This document shows positions 1 through 11,080 of a DNA stretch of 64,000 bases, piece after piece. The position numbers and the translations under genes are program-made. Under the pieces are notes generated by a model that saw nothing but the letters and a program-made list of their open reading frames with translations, did no database searches and was not told the origin of the DNA. The stretch's first letter is position 1; each line of letters begins with the position of its first letter. The stretch covers positions 5,207 to 69,206 of the forward strand of contig CBDUSI010000002.1 of the NCBI GenBank assembly GCA_965370045.1. Direction: 5' to 3'. Source of the stretch: an uncultured bacterium. GTDB lineage: Bacteria > Planctomycetota > SZUA-567 > JAKLDR01.

Positions 1-666
1 GGCCAGCAGCAGTCGCGCGCGCGGCTCGGCGGCGACTACCCGCGGCCAGGCCTCCAGCAGGAAGCGGTGCCCCTTGTGGTCGGTGAGCGCGGCGACCATG
101 CCCAGGGCCAACTCGCCGTCGGCGATGCCCAGCGCCCGGCGGGCGTCGTCGCGGGGAGGAAGGCTCTCGAAGCGCGAGAGGTCGATGCCGCTGAGCACCA
201 CCGAGATCATCTCGGGCGGCACCCGGCAATCGATCAGCACGTCGCGCACCGCGCGGCTGATGGCGATGAGGCGGTCCACCGCCCAGGTGTACTTCCAGCG
301 GCTGTTGATGCGGAAGTCCACCCTCCGGCTGGCCACCACCGCCGGGCCGCGGGCCAGCTTGGCGGCCAGCGAGCCGATCAGCACCGCGTGGGCGTCGTGC
401 AGGTGAAGCACGTGCGGCTTGAACTCGCTGAGCGCCGCCGCCGTCCCGATTATTGAGCGGATGCCGACCTCCCCGCGCACCGGAACGGGGCGGACCTCCA
501 GGCCCAGCTCCGGCGCGCGGCGGGCCATCTCGCCCTTCCGGTTGCAGATCATCAGGCAGGAGTGGCCGCGCCTCTGGAGTCCGGCCGCCAGCCAGGCCTG
601 CTGCTGCTCGCCGCCGCGCCAGCCGGTCTCGGTGCCCAGGTGGGCGACGCGCAGGTTATCCGGCAC
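1..666 (-). CDS. Glycosyltransferase family 4 protein (truncated by the window edge)
   Basis: Not in the ORF track. Manual translation from GTG at 666 gives MPDNLRVAHLGTETGWRGGEQQ...HLHDAHA...GMVAALTDHKGHRFLLEAW, which are GT-B/GT4 motifs. The frame is open to position 1 and overlaps the waaF stop. Confidence 0.85.
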   Translation of the reverse strand, partial: MPDNLRVAHLGTETGWRGGEQQQAWLAAGLQRRGHSCLMICNRKGEMARRAPELGLEVRPVPVRGEVGIRSIIGTAAALSEFKPHVLHLHDAHAVLIGSLAAKLARGPAVVASRRVDFRINSRWKYTWAVDRLIAISRAVRDVLIDCRVPPEMISVVLSGIDLSRFESLPPRDDARRALGIADGELALGMVAALTDHKGHRFLLEAWPRVVAAEPRARLLLA

Positions 667-1660
667 GGGCGGTCCCCCGGCGCCTGAGTTCATCGAGCTT
701 CGCGGCGACCTCCTCCGGCTCGGGTCGGGCCCCGACGTCCCCCACCGCGGCGGCCACCGGTCCCAGCGGCAGGTAGAGCTTGGGATCGGTGCTGACGAAG
801 ACGCCTATCACGGGCAGCCCCAGCCCGGCGGCCAGGTGCATGGGGCCGGAGTCGTTGCCGGCGAAGCCGCTGGCAACTTCAAAGAGCGCGGCCATCTGGG
901 CCACGCTGTTGCGGCCGGCCAGGTCGATGACCTCCCCGCCGGCGTCGCGGGCGGCGGCGGCGACCGCGGCGGTCTTGTCCCGCTCGTTGGGCGCGGCGGT
1001 GAGGGCCACCTCGGCGCCGCCCTCCGAGAGCAGCGCGGCCAGGCGCCCGAAGCTCTCCGCGGGCCACTCCTTGCCGGCGCCGGCCGCGCACGGCGCCAGG
1101 ACGTAAAGCGGCGCGTCCGGGCGGCGGCGCTCGGCGGCCAGTATCCCCGCGACTTGCTCCCGGGCCGACGGGGGGGCTGCGAGCCTGACGGTGCGTGAAC
1201 GGTCGAGCGCCAGGGGGGCGCCCAGCCCGGCGGCCAGCTCCAGGTAGTACTCCACCTGGTGGAGCGCGCGGCGTTTCTCGTCACACAAGACCGCCTCGGT
1301 CAGCATCCAGGAGCGGCCGTCGCGGGCGTAGCCCGCCCGGCGCTTGACGCCGGCCAGTTGGACGGCCAGCGCCGAGCCGAAGGAGTTGGGCAGGAGCAGC
1401 GCGGAGTCGAATTCCCCGTCGCGAAAAAGGCGCGAAAGCGTCAGCACCGAGCCCGCGCCTCTCTTGACCGGGAGCGTCGCGTCAACGTCCGCGGCCCCGG
1501 CGAAGAGCTCGGCCATGTGTCCCGGCAGGGCCAGGGTGAGGTGCGCGTCCGGCGCGGCGCGCTTGACCGCCTCCAGCGCGGGTAGGCACATGACCACGTC
1601 GCCCAGCCAGTTGGGCGCGCGGACCAGGAGCCGACGACATTCCTTGAACCATCCGGGCAT
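656..1660 (-). CDS. waaF: Lipopolysaccharide heptosyltransferase II (GT9)
   Basis: LLVRAPNWLGDVVM, LLPNSF.SAL, GYARDGR and GNDSGPMHLAA motifs. Confidence 0.85.
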   Translation of the reverse strand: MPGWFKECRRLLVRAPNWLGDVVMCLPALEAVKRAAPDAHLTLALPGHMAELFAGAADVDATLPVKRGAGSVLTLSRLFRDGEFDSALLLPNSFGSALAVQLAGVKRRAGYARDGRSWMLTEAVLCDEKRRALHQVEYYLELAAGLGAPLALDRSRTVRLAAPPSAREQVAGILAAERRRPDAPLYVLAPCAAGAGKEWPAESFGRLAALLSEGGAEVALTAAPNERDKTAAVAAAARDAGGEVIDLAGRNSVAQMAALFEVASGFAGNDSGPMHLAAGLGLPVIGVFVSTDPKLYLPLGPVAAAVGDVGARPEPEEVAAKLDELRRRGTARAG

Positions 1661-1669
1661 TGGAAAGGT

Positions 1670-1698
1670 ATTCTAGCCCCGCCGGGACGGGATATCAA
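1670..1698 (-). promoter_or_regulatory. Putative sigma70 promoter for waaF (near-leaderless)
   Basis: Minus strand TTGATA-N17-TAGAAT, 9 nt upstream of the ATG. Confidence 0.55.
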
Positions 1699-1726
1699 GA
1701 CTCAGTAACTCAAGTATTTGGGAGGG

Positions 1727-1960
1727 TTACCCGTCTTCCTTCTTTTCCCCGGGAACTTGGCGATCTTCCCCGACGCCCTTGAGGTCCTTCTTGGCCTTAT
1801 CGAGGGCCTTGAGTGAGCGCTCGGGATCGCCCGGGGTGTGGTCCGACCACTCCCTGTTGTCCTTGCGCGCGCCTGGTTTCTTGGGCTCGGGCTTATCCTC
1901 GCCGCAGCCGGCCAGCAAGAGGGCGAAAACGGGCACGGCCAGTATCGTCAGGTAGCGCAT
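1727..1960 (-). CDS. Small lipoprotein
   Basis: MRYLTILAVPVFALLLAG|C lipobox, AGGAG RBS upstream, charged mature part. Confidence 0.7.
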   Translation of the reverse strand: MRYLTILAVPVFALLLAGCGEDKPEPKKPGARKDNREWSDHTPGDPERSLKALDKAKKDLKGVGEDRQVPGEKKEDG

Positions 1961-2061
1961 GATTGGATCTCCTGGGGTTTCCCTGCTCCTATGAACATCC
2001 CGACGGAGGGTATGGGTCACATATATAGAGATACCCGCACAGGGCAACGCCTGGCCCTTGA

Positions 2062-4458
2062 TTAAAACATCCAGAGGTCGGTGAGGCAAGTTCGAATCGT
2101 CCTCGCGTCCCGTTTCGGAGCTTTCAGCTTCTCGATGATCCGCCGGGCGCGCTGGGCGACCTCAGCGTCCTTGCTCCCGGTCGCCTCGCGCAACGCGGGG
2201 AGCGCAGCCTTGCCGATCTTCTCCAGGGCCATGGAGGCGGCCTCGCGCTCTTTCCACGCGTCGGCACCGAGGTCGACAATCAAGCTCTTCACCCGGACGG
2301 CTCGGTCCTTGGCAACAGGGACTTTGGCTTCTCCGGCCGCCGCCCGCAGCGCGGGGAGCAGCAGGGGAGAAATATCTCGCCCATATCGCCGCAGGTGTTT
2401 CGCCAACGCTCCGTCCAACCCGGCGCGGTTCTGGTTGTAAGTCAGCTGCAATACGTCCGCGTAGGTCAGCTCGCAGCCGGCGGGAAGCTCGGCCCTGAGC
2501 TCTCCATGCGAGCCGAAGACGGTCAGCGTGACGGTCTTGGCGTCTTTGGCCGGGGGAGTCTTGATGAGGTCGAAGATACGGAGATGGAACTTCGCCCCGG
2601 GCTTCTCCTCCGGGCCGCCCCGCAGCAGCACCAGGCCGGACTCGGCGTCACATCCCAGGCGCAGTTGCATGCTCTCGGCGAAGGGATGGGCCTTGACGAA
2701 CTCCTCGTTGAACACCGCAACATTGCCGCGGCGCTTCCGCCTCAGATTCCCTGCGAGCCTGTACTCGCGGGGAGGCCCTCCTTTGTATCCGAAAGTGTGG
2801 GCCCTGCGTCGGAGAAATGGCCACAGTCTTTCCTTCAAAGTCTGTCGGTACCATTCCGCGGTGCGGGCCTCCAGCGCGGTCAGCGTTGAGCGGAGCAGCC
2901 TGCGCTCCTTCGGGCTTCGCTTCTCCGCGCTCTTTCCGTCCATGCAAACCTCGGCCAGATCCCGCCACATCAGCGCGGCCAGCGACAGAGAGACCTGCTC
3001 GGTCTTGAGCCCCGCGCGGACGGCCCGGCAGCGGGCATCGAGGTCCCTCTTGCTCGCGAGATCAATGAAACCCGCCAAGTAGTCCGCGGCCGGGGTTTCC
3101 TTGATCTTTGCCCTGAGCGACTTACGCAAGGCTTCATGGTACGCGCGGCGCCGGTCGCGATGCGCGCCATGAGCGTACCAGCGAACTATCCAACTTTCTG
3201 CCGCGCACTTGGCAAAGCGTTTCCGCTCCTCAGGAGTCAGCTTCCCGCCGCCCACCCCAATCGCCCCTACGACGCCGGGGCCGCCCAGCGGGATGTCACT
3301 GATGGCCTCGTCGCTCCCTTTCTGCTTCCCGGCCGGCTTCTTCGCAGGTTCGCCGGCCGACGCCGCTGGGCCCAGCCCGAAGCACACCGCCAGCCCAGCC
3401 GCCGCCCCCGCCAGGCGCGGCGCGCGCCACACGTGCCGGAAGCACTGCGTCCCGTTCTTCCTCTGCAGCCAGCAGCCGCCCCCGCAGGCCCGGGCGTACT
3501 CGCACGAGCGGCAGCGGCCCTCCGGCCGCCAGCTGCGCAGCGCGGCGAAGCCTTCCGCCCAGACCTCCCGGAGCGGCCGGCGGAGGACGTTACCGGCGCT
3601 GGCCCGGCGGTCCAGAGTGGTGCAGGGCACCAGTTCGCCGCCGGGCAGCACCACGCACTGGGTGCGCCCCGCGCCGCACAGGAAGGGATAGTCGCGGACC
3701 AGCGGCTCCTCCTCGCCGAGGTAGCCGATCTCGTCGGCCATGCCCACCGGGAAGTGGTTGCGCTTCGCGGCGCAGAAGTCGATCAGTCCGCGAAGCTGCC
3801 GCCGGGAAAGGAACAGCCGGCGGCTCTCAGCGGCGCGGCCCTCGGGCACCAGCAGATGCAGCCCCCAGGCGGTGGCCCCGCTGGCAATCACCTCGGCGAA
3901 GGTTTCCGAAAGGTGACCGTAGTTGTGAGAAGTCACCGTGGTGCCGGCGGCCACCTCGCCATCAACGATCTCGCGGTAGAAGCGGATGGCCCGGAGCGCG
4001 TCCTCATGGGCGCCGCCGCGCCCGCGGAAGTCGTCGTGGACCCGCTGGGGCCCGTCGAGGCTGACCGCGGCGAAGCCCGGAGGGTGCCGCTCCATTGCCG
4101 CGCGCAGGCGCGTGCCCGGGTTCGCGGCGGTATTGATCTCCCATCCCTGGCCGCGTTCGCGGAGCATGTCGACGACCTCGGGCAGGTCCGGCCGGCCGGC
4201 CGGTTCACCGCCGGTTATCAGGAATCGGGGAATGCGCATATCGGCGACCTGGTCGAGAAGCCTGGCGACTTCCCGGAGGGGCATGTCCGGCGCGCCGGAC
4301 CCGTCGGCAGCCAGGCAGTGCGGGCAGGCCAACTCGCAGCGCAGGGTGGCCATCCACTGGATGAACTGCGGGACCGGGGTGTAACCGTTCTCGCGAAAGA
4401 AATCGAGATCGCGCCCGGCCGATGCGCGCCCGTGGCCGCTCTGGCTGTGCGTGGCCAT
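2062..4458 (-). CDS. Radical SAM/SPASM protein fused to a hydrophobic segment and a C-terminal HEAT-like domain
   Basis: CELACPHC, ITGGEP and SLDG motifs; SPASM cysteines CGAG..C...PC...CRSC...CGGGC; C-terminal LGADAWKEREAASMALEKIG..ALPAL HEAT repeat. Confidence 0.85.
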   Translation of the reverse strand: MATHSQSGHGRASAGRDLDFFRENGYTPVPQFIQWMATLRCELACPHCLAADGSGAPDMPLREVARLLDQVADMRIPRFLITGGEPAGRPDLPEVVDMLRERGQGWEINTAANPGTRLRAAMERHPPGFAAVSLDGPQRVHDDFRGRGGAHEDALRAIRFYREIVDGEVAAGTTVTSHNYGHLSETFAEVIASGATAWGLHLLVPEGRAAESRRLFLSRRQLRGLIDFCAAKRNHFPVGMADEIGYLGEEEPLVRDYPFLCGAGRTQCVVLPGGELVPCTTLDRRASAGNVLRRPLREVWAEGFAALRSWRPEGRCRSCEYARACGGGCWLQRKNGTQCFRHVWRAPRLAGAAAGLAVCFGLGPAASAGEPAKKPAGKQKGSDEAISDIPLGGPGVVGAIGVGGGKLTPEERKRFAKCAAESWIVRWYAHGAHRDRRRAYHEALRKSLRAKIKETPAADYLAGFIDLASKRDLDARCRAVRAGLKTEQVSLSLAALMWRDLAEVCMDGKSAEKRSPKERRLLRSTLTALEARTAEWYRQTLKERLWPFLRRRAHTFGYKGGPPREYRLAGNLRRKRRGNVAVFNEEFVKAHPFAESMQLRLGCDAESGLVLLRGGPEEKPGAKFHLRIFDLIKTPPAKDAKTVTLTVFGSHGELRAELPAGCELTYADVLQLTYNQNRAGLDGALAKHLRRYGRDISPLLLPALRAAAGEAKVPVAKDRAVRVKSLIVDLGADAWKEREAASMALEKIGKAALPALREATGSKDAEVAQRARRIIEKLKAPKRDARTIRTCLTDLWMF

Positions 4459-4613
4459 GCCCGGTCCTCCCGGCTCCCCGTAACGTCCTCACCCCGGGAG
4501 GGTTCGGTTATTCCGGAGAATTCCCGATATGCGCCGGACAATGCCGTAAGGCCCGCGTGCCGGGCGATTTCCCGCTTGCCTCTCCCAATCCCGGAAGTTA
4601 CCATGCAGAGGCT

Positions 4614-7130
<2,517 letters not shown>

Positions 7131-7136
<6 letters not shown>

Positions 7137-7154
7137 GTATTGTGTCTCCGGAAT
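7131..7154 (+). repeat. 24-nt motif matching the reverse complement of the motif upstream of the RAYT transposase
   Basis: aagtaagtattgtgtctccggaat versus the reverse complement of 61391-61414 (aattaagtattatgtccccggaat): 21/24 identical. Confidence 0.6.
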
Positions 7155-7164
7155 TCCTGCGATT

Positions 7165-8565
7165 ATGTGGAACGTGCGGAGTTCCGCGTTCATGTCAAGC
7201 ACTAGCCCGAGGAGGTGGTCCCGCTTTGTGACTAAGTACATCTGCTGTTTGCTTCTGTCGGGCTTCTGCTCGGTCGCAGTAGCCGCTGAGAACAAGCCTC
7301 GTCTCCGCTTTGAACTTGTGGTCGAAGCGGCCCCGGAGGATTTCCGAAAACCTCGCGGCACAGCATACCACACAGCCAAGGGCGGCAGAGTCGTCTGGGT
7401 GCCAGATATGCCCCTTGCTGGGTACATCCGGGTGTTCAACCGAGGATCAGACGATTACGTTGTCCGATCTGAGACGGAGGATTTCCTCAAGAAAGTGTCG
7501 TTCGTCGGCGCTATGGTCAACAGGAAGACCATATTCTCACGTGACTTGCCGCCTGTGGTCTTCTCTTATTCCACCACCACAAAGAAGATACTTCTAACGC
7601 CTGGTGGCCCGGGCGTGCTGGTGAAGTTCCAGTTCAAGCCCGGTCCCGGTTTCGTGTGGCCCACCGGTAGGTGGGAGCCGGTCTTTCAGATCAACATTGG
7701 GGGCGGACGGAAACCTGTGCGCGTGAGTACTCGGGTTCGCCTCAAGAAGGTCGAAACGCCGGATGACCGCCTCAACGTCCATTGGTTTCACTATCAGCGA
7801 ACCTATAACGATGGCAAGTACGACACAGCCCTGCAGTCCTTGGACAAGCTTATTCGGGCGTGTCCTAACGACGCGTTCCTGAAGCACAAGCGATACCAAC
7901 TACTGTTCGCCACTGGAAGCCTCGAAGCGGCCGCGGCTAGTCTACGAGAGACAGTAGCACTTGTGGAATCAGGCAAGACTACAAGACCGCTGGTCATTCT
8001 GCGCGCCCGTTCCCAAGAAGAGAGCCTCGCCATATTGAAGAAGCAACAGAAGGGGATGGACGCACTAGCCAAACAAGGCAGCGCGCTCGATGCGGTTGGT
8101 GAAGGGGCTAACAGGAAGCAGAGAGACACCGCAGCGGCTGGCTTGAAGTCTCACTGCCCAGTCATACAGGTGAAAGCCTTGCGAGCACTGATACGCGCCT
8201 CCGCGAAGGAGACAGTGGAAAGTGTGGTCCCGTTGCTTAGCGCCTCAGATTCAGCGAACTACTACGCGCCTGACGGCTCGCTAATACTAGTTCGCCGTGA
8301 GGCATGGGACACAATATGTAAGCTGCACCCTAGATTGAAGAAGGCTGCTTACGACCCGCAAGCACATGAAGAAAGTCGAGAGAAGGCCATTGTGCGGCTG
8401 CGCGCTCTGATGCAGCCGCGACAGGACGACAAGACGAAGCCTAGTTCTGCCACCTTGCCCGTGACCATGATTGCAGCTAGTCTACTAGCAGGGCTGATAC
8501 TTGTTCTTCTCATCTTCCTGGGAATGCGCTCACGGCATCGACGACGTACCGTCAACGGTGAGTAG
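7165..8565 (+). CDS. Hypothetical exported protein with TPR/HEAT-like helices and a C-terminal membrane anchor (start uncertain)
   Basis: 466-aa ORF with a signal-like N-terminus, TPR-like YDTALQSLDKLIRACPND and a C-terminal TM plus basic tail; codon usage is less GC-biased than the flanks. Confidence 0.65.
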   Translation: MWNVRSSAFMSSTSPRRWSRFVTKYICCLLLSGFCSVAVAAENKPRLRFELVVEAAPEDFRKPRGTAYHTAKGGRVVWVPDMPLAGYIRVFNRGSDDYVVRSETEDFLKKVSFVGAMVNRKTIFSRDLPPVVFSYSTTTKKILLTPGGPGVLVKFQFKPGPGFVWPTGRWEPVFQINIGGGRKPVRVSTRVRLKKVETPDDRLNVHWFHYQRTYNDGKYDTALQSLDKLIRACPNDAFLKHKRYQLLFATGSLEAAAASLRETVALVESGKTTRPLVILRARSQEESLAILKKQQKGMDALAKQGSALDAVGEGANRKQRDTAAAGLKSHCPVIQVKALRALIRASAKETVESVVPLLSASDSANYYAPDGSLILVRREAWDTICKLHPRLKKAAYDPQAHEESREKAIVRLRALMQPRQDDKTKPSSATLPVTMIAASLLAGLILVLLIFLGMRSRHRRRTVNGE

Positions 8566-8803
8566 GGCTCAATTGTATTGCCGGCTCGGCGCGGCATGAC
8601 GGGCCTGCCCGGCGTCCAACACTCGACTCTTCCCGTTTGGCGCGACCGCTCCCGGGCCCGCCGGTTGGCCAGTGCCACTGATTATTATTTCCGCATCCGC
8701 CTCGCGCTCTAGCGCTTAAGAAAGTAATATTTCCGGTTTGAGGGAAGAATTTCTATTACTTATGAGGGGGTACTGTTGATTTGGGATTTCGGACTGCGGA
8801 TTG

Positions 8804-8899
8804 AACCGCCAAGAGGCCAAGAAGAGCAGGTACCGCTTTGTGTGCTTGGTGCTCTTGGTGGTAAACAGAGATCAGGTCAGCTCTTGGCGCCTTGGCGGT
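8804..8899. repeat. Imperfect palindromic short element (AACCGCCAAG...CTTGGCGGT)
   Basis: aaccgccaagaggccaag at the left end and cttggcgccttggcggt at the right end; a half copy lies at 32934-32952. Confidence 0.6.
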
Positions 8900-8915
8900 A
8901 GAGAGCCCCTTCACG

Positions 8916-9107
8916 CGCGAAGAAAAAAAACGCACAAGCGTCGTAAGCCACGGGTTATCAGGGGCGCAGGTCATGACAAAACGGGGTTGTCGCTCGGAGT
9001 GGCACCTTCAGGTGCCCGACGAGCGGCAATTCACTTTGCCAAAACCACGCCAGGAGGGCGGAACCTCGACGGTTCGCCACGGAGGGCGAAAGACATCGTT
9101 TGGTGGG
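8916..9107 (+). ncRNA. Structured repeat element, copy 1 (candidate ncRNA or non-autonomous element)
   Basis: Near-identical to 9181-9396 and to the reverse complement of 31902-32088; hairpins ttgtcgctc/gagcggcaa, ggcacc-ttca-ggtgcc and ttcgcc/ggcgaa. Confidence 0.6.
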
Positions 9108-9164
9108 CCCACGCAGAGCGAAAGACTATCGAAAGCAGAGCGCTTTGGCGTGAGAGAGGAGGAG

Positions 9165-9396
9165 CACGAAAAAGACGCGCAAGCGTCGTAAGTCACGAGC
9201 TTCCAGGGGCGCAGGTCATGACAAAACGGAGGCTGACCGATTCACAGAGGACACAGAGGACACAGAGGGAGGGCGTTGTCGCTCGGAGCGGCACCTTCAG
9301 GTGCCCGACGAGCGGCAATTCACTTCGTCAAAACCACGCCAGGAGGGCGGAACCCCGACGATTCGCCACGGAGGGCGAAAGACATCGTTTGGTGGG
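9165..9396 (+). ncRNA. Structured repeat element, copy 2 (with a ~44-nt cacagagga-repeat insertion)
   Basis: Tandem copy 245 nt after copy 1; the same stems are conserved. Confidence 0.6.
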
Positions 9397-9435
9397 GCGA
9401 CGCACAACGGAAGACGTGAGACGGGAGGGCTCATA

Positions 9436-9492
9436 GAAAAACGGCGAAGCGTCGTAAGTCCTTAGCGTTCAGGAGCGCAGCTCTTGCCAGAA
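9436..9492 (+). repeat. Truncated, degenerate third tandem copy of the element, overlapping the lnt stop
   Basis: aagcgtcgtaagtcc...ttcaggagcgcagctcttgccagaa aligns with the 5' part of the element. Confidence 0.5.
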
Positions 9493-11063
9493 TCGCGAGA
9501 CGGGCGCCTCAGGGTGCGGACAATCCCCACAATCGCACCCAGCACGGCCAGGCCGGCGCATATCCACGCGAAGAGGTCGCCGATGGTCATGTATAGCGTC
9601 CGGCGCGCGGGGGGAACGCGCAAGTCCATGCGCACCAAGCCTTTCTGCCACAGGCCGCCGTGCTCGGGAACGGTGATCCGACCGCCGGAGTCTATCCACG
9701 CGGAGACGCCGGTGTTGGTGGCCCGTACCAGCGGCCGGCGTGTCTCCACCGCGCGGAAGGCGGCCAGGGCCAGGTGCTGATGGGCCTGGGAGCTCTGCCT
9801 GAACCATGAGTCGTTGGTCAGGTTGACCAGCAGGCGCGCTCCGCGCCTGGCGTCGCTGCGGGTAATATATGGAAAGGCGTCCTCGTAGCAGATGTTGACC
9901 CCCAGCGGCGCGCCGGCCATCCGGGGCAGCGGCTGCTCCCGTCCGCCCGGAGTGAAGGTGGTGCCTATGAGGTGAAAGATCGCGTCCGCCCCCGGGAAGC
10001 GCCCGCCCAGCGGGACATATTCGCCGAAAGGCACCAGGTGGCGCTTGTCGTAACGGCCGGCCAGCTTGCCGTCGGGAGAGATCAGCACCGCCGAGTTCCA
10101 GTTGCGCCCGGTGCGGTTCCCGGACTCGTTGGTCTCGTGGACCACGCCGCCGGCCAGGAGCCAGCATTGCTTCTCTTTCGCAAGAGAAGCCAGCAGCCCC
10201 TCCGCGCGGTCGAGCAGCTCGCCGGGCACCATGGTCTCCGACCAGACTACGAGGTCCACCTCGCCGGGGGACAACTCGTTCATCAGCCGCTTCTGCTCGC
10301 GGATCTGGTCCTCGGCCGAGACCTTCTTGGGCCCCACCTTGAAGGCCACCAGCGGCTGGACGGCGGCGATTCGCATTCGCAGCGCGTTCGGTTCCCGAAG
10401 CTGGCGGTTGCGGATCAGGCCGTAGGCCGGTCCCGCCCCGAGGACCAGGACGACGACGAGAACTCTGACCGCGAGCCGCCTGGGACTGCGACCCGCCGCC
10501 AGCGCGGCGGCCAGCACGGTCAGAAAAGACACACCGTAGACCCCGGCGAGGTCGGCGGGGCCCATCGCCGCGGGGACTCCCGCCCAGACGGTCCCGGCCA
10601 GCATCCAGGGGAAGCCGGTGAAGAGGTGCGCGCGCCCGAACTCCAGCGCGACCCACAGCGCGGCCAACATGAGGGGCCAGGCGCGGGTCCCCGCCGCGCG
10701 CCTCTGGAGCGCGGCGCCCAGCCCGAAGACCGCTCCGAAGCACGCGAAGTATATAGCCAGTCCCAGGCAACCGGCGAAGCTCACCGTGCTCATCCAGAAG
10801 AGGCCCACCGCGGCGGACAGCGCGAAGCCGGCCGCGCCCAGCACTGTGCTCCTGCGCAGCGAGGCGCCGCGCAGGCTCCAGACGACCAGCGCCAGTCCCA
10901 CCAGCGCCAGCGGAGCGGAGACCGGCCAGAGCCAGGGCCGCAGCGTGAAGTTGAAGGCCGCGCCGTAAAGCAGCGACCCGGATACCAGCGCCACCCAGCG
11001 CTCCCGGGCGCATTGCGGAGGGCGCGGCTTGCTGCGCGATAACCTGTCAGTCTGGTCAGTCAC
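9462..11063 (-). CDS. lnt: Apolipoprotein N-acyltransferase
   Basis: Multi-TM N-terminus with LFTGFPW; nitrilase triad WSET, YDKRHLVPFGEY, ICYED; NDSWF and RATNTGVS. Confidence 0.95.
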   Translation of the reverse strand: MTDQTDRLSRSKPRPPQCARERWVALVSGSLLYGAAFNFTLRPWLWPVSAPLALVGLALVVWSLRGASLRRSTVLGAAGFALSAAVGLFWMSTVSFAGCLGLAIYFACFGAVFGLGAALQRRAAGTRAWPLMLAALWVALEFGRAHLFTGFPWMLAGTVWAGVPAAMGPADLAGVYGVSFLTVLAAALAAGRSPRRLAVRVLVVVLVLGAGPAYGLIRNRQLREPNALRMRIAAVQPLVAFKVGPKKVSAEDQIREQKRLMNELSPGEVDLVVWSETMVPGELLDRAEGLLASLAKEKQCWLLAGGVVHETNESGNRTGRNWNSAVLISPDGKLAGRYDKRHLVPFGEYVPLGGRFPGADAIFHLIGTTFTPGGREQPLPRMAGAPLGVNICYEDAFPYITRSDARRGARLLVNLTNDSWFRQSSQAHQHLALAAFRAVETRRPLVRATNTGVSAWIDSGGRITVPEHGGLWQKGLVRMDLRVPPARRTLYMTIGDLFAWICAGLAVLGAIVGIVRTLRRPSRDSGKSCAPER

Positions 11064-11080
11064 TGCGGCGGATTATAACC

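Noticed and set aside
4422-4613. Upstream extension of the kinase ORF
   Set aside because: It overlaps the divergent radical SAM start; ATG 4614, just before the zinc ribbon, is more plausible.
8801-9436. ORFs of 211 and 99 aa across the repeat array
   Set aside because: They run through non-coding repeats, and the copies differ by indels that do not preserve a common frame.
8916-9492. CRISPR array or integron attC interpretation
   Set aside because: Units are ~250 nt rather than 25-45-nt repeats with spacers; there are no cas genes, no integron integrase and no clear RYYYAAC/GTTRRRY-bounded cassettes.
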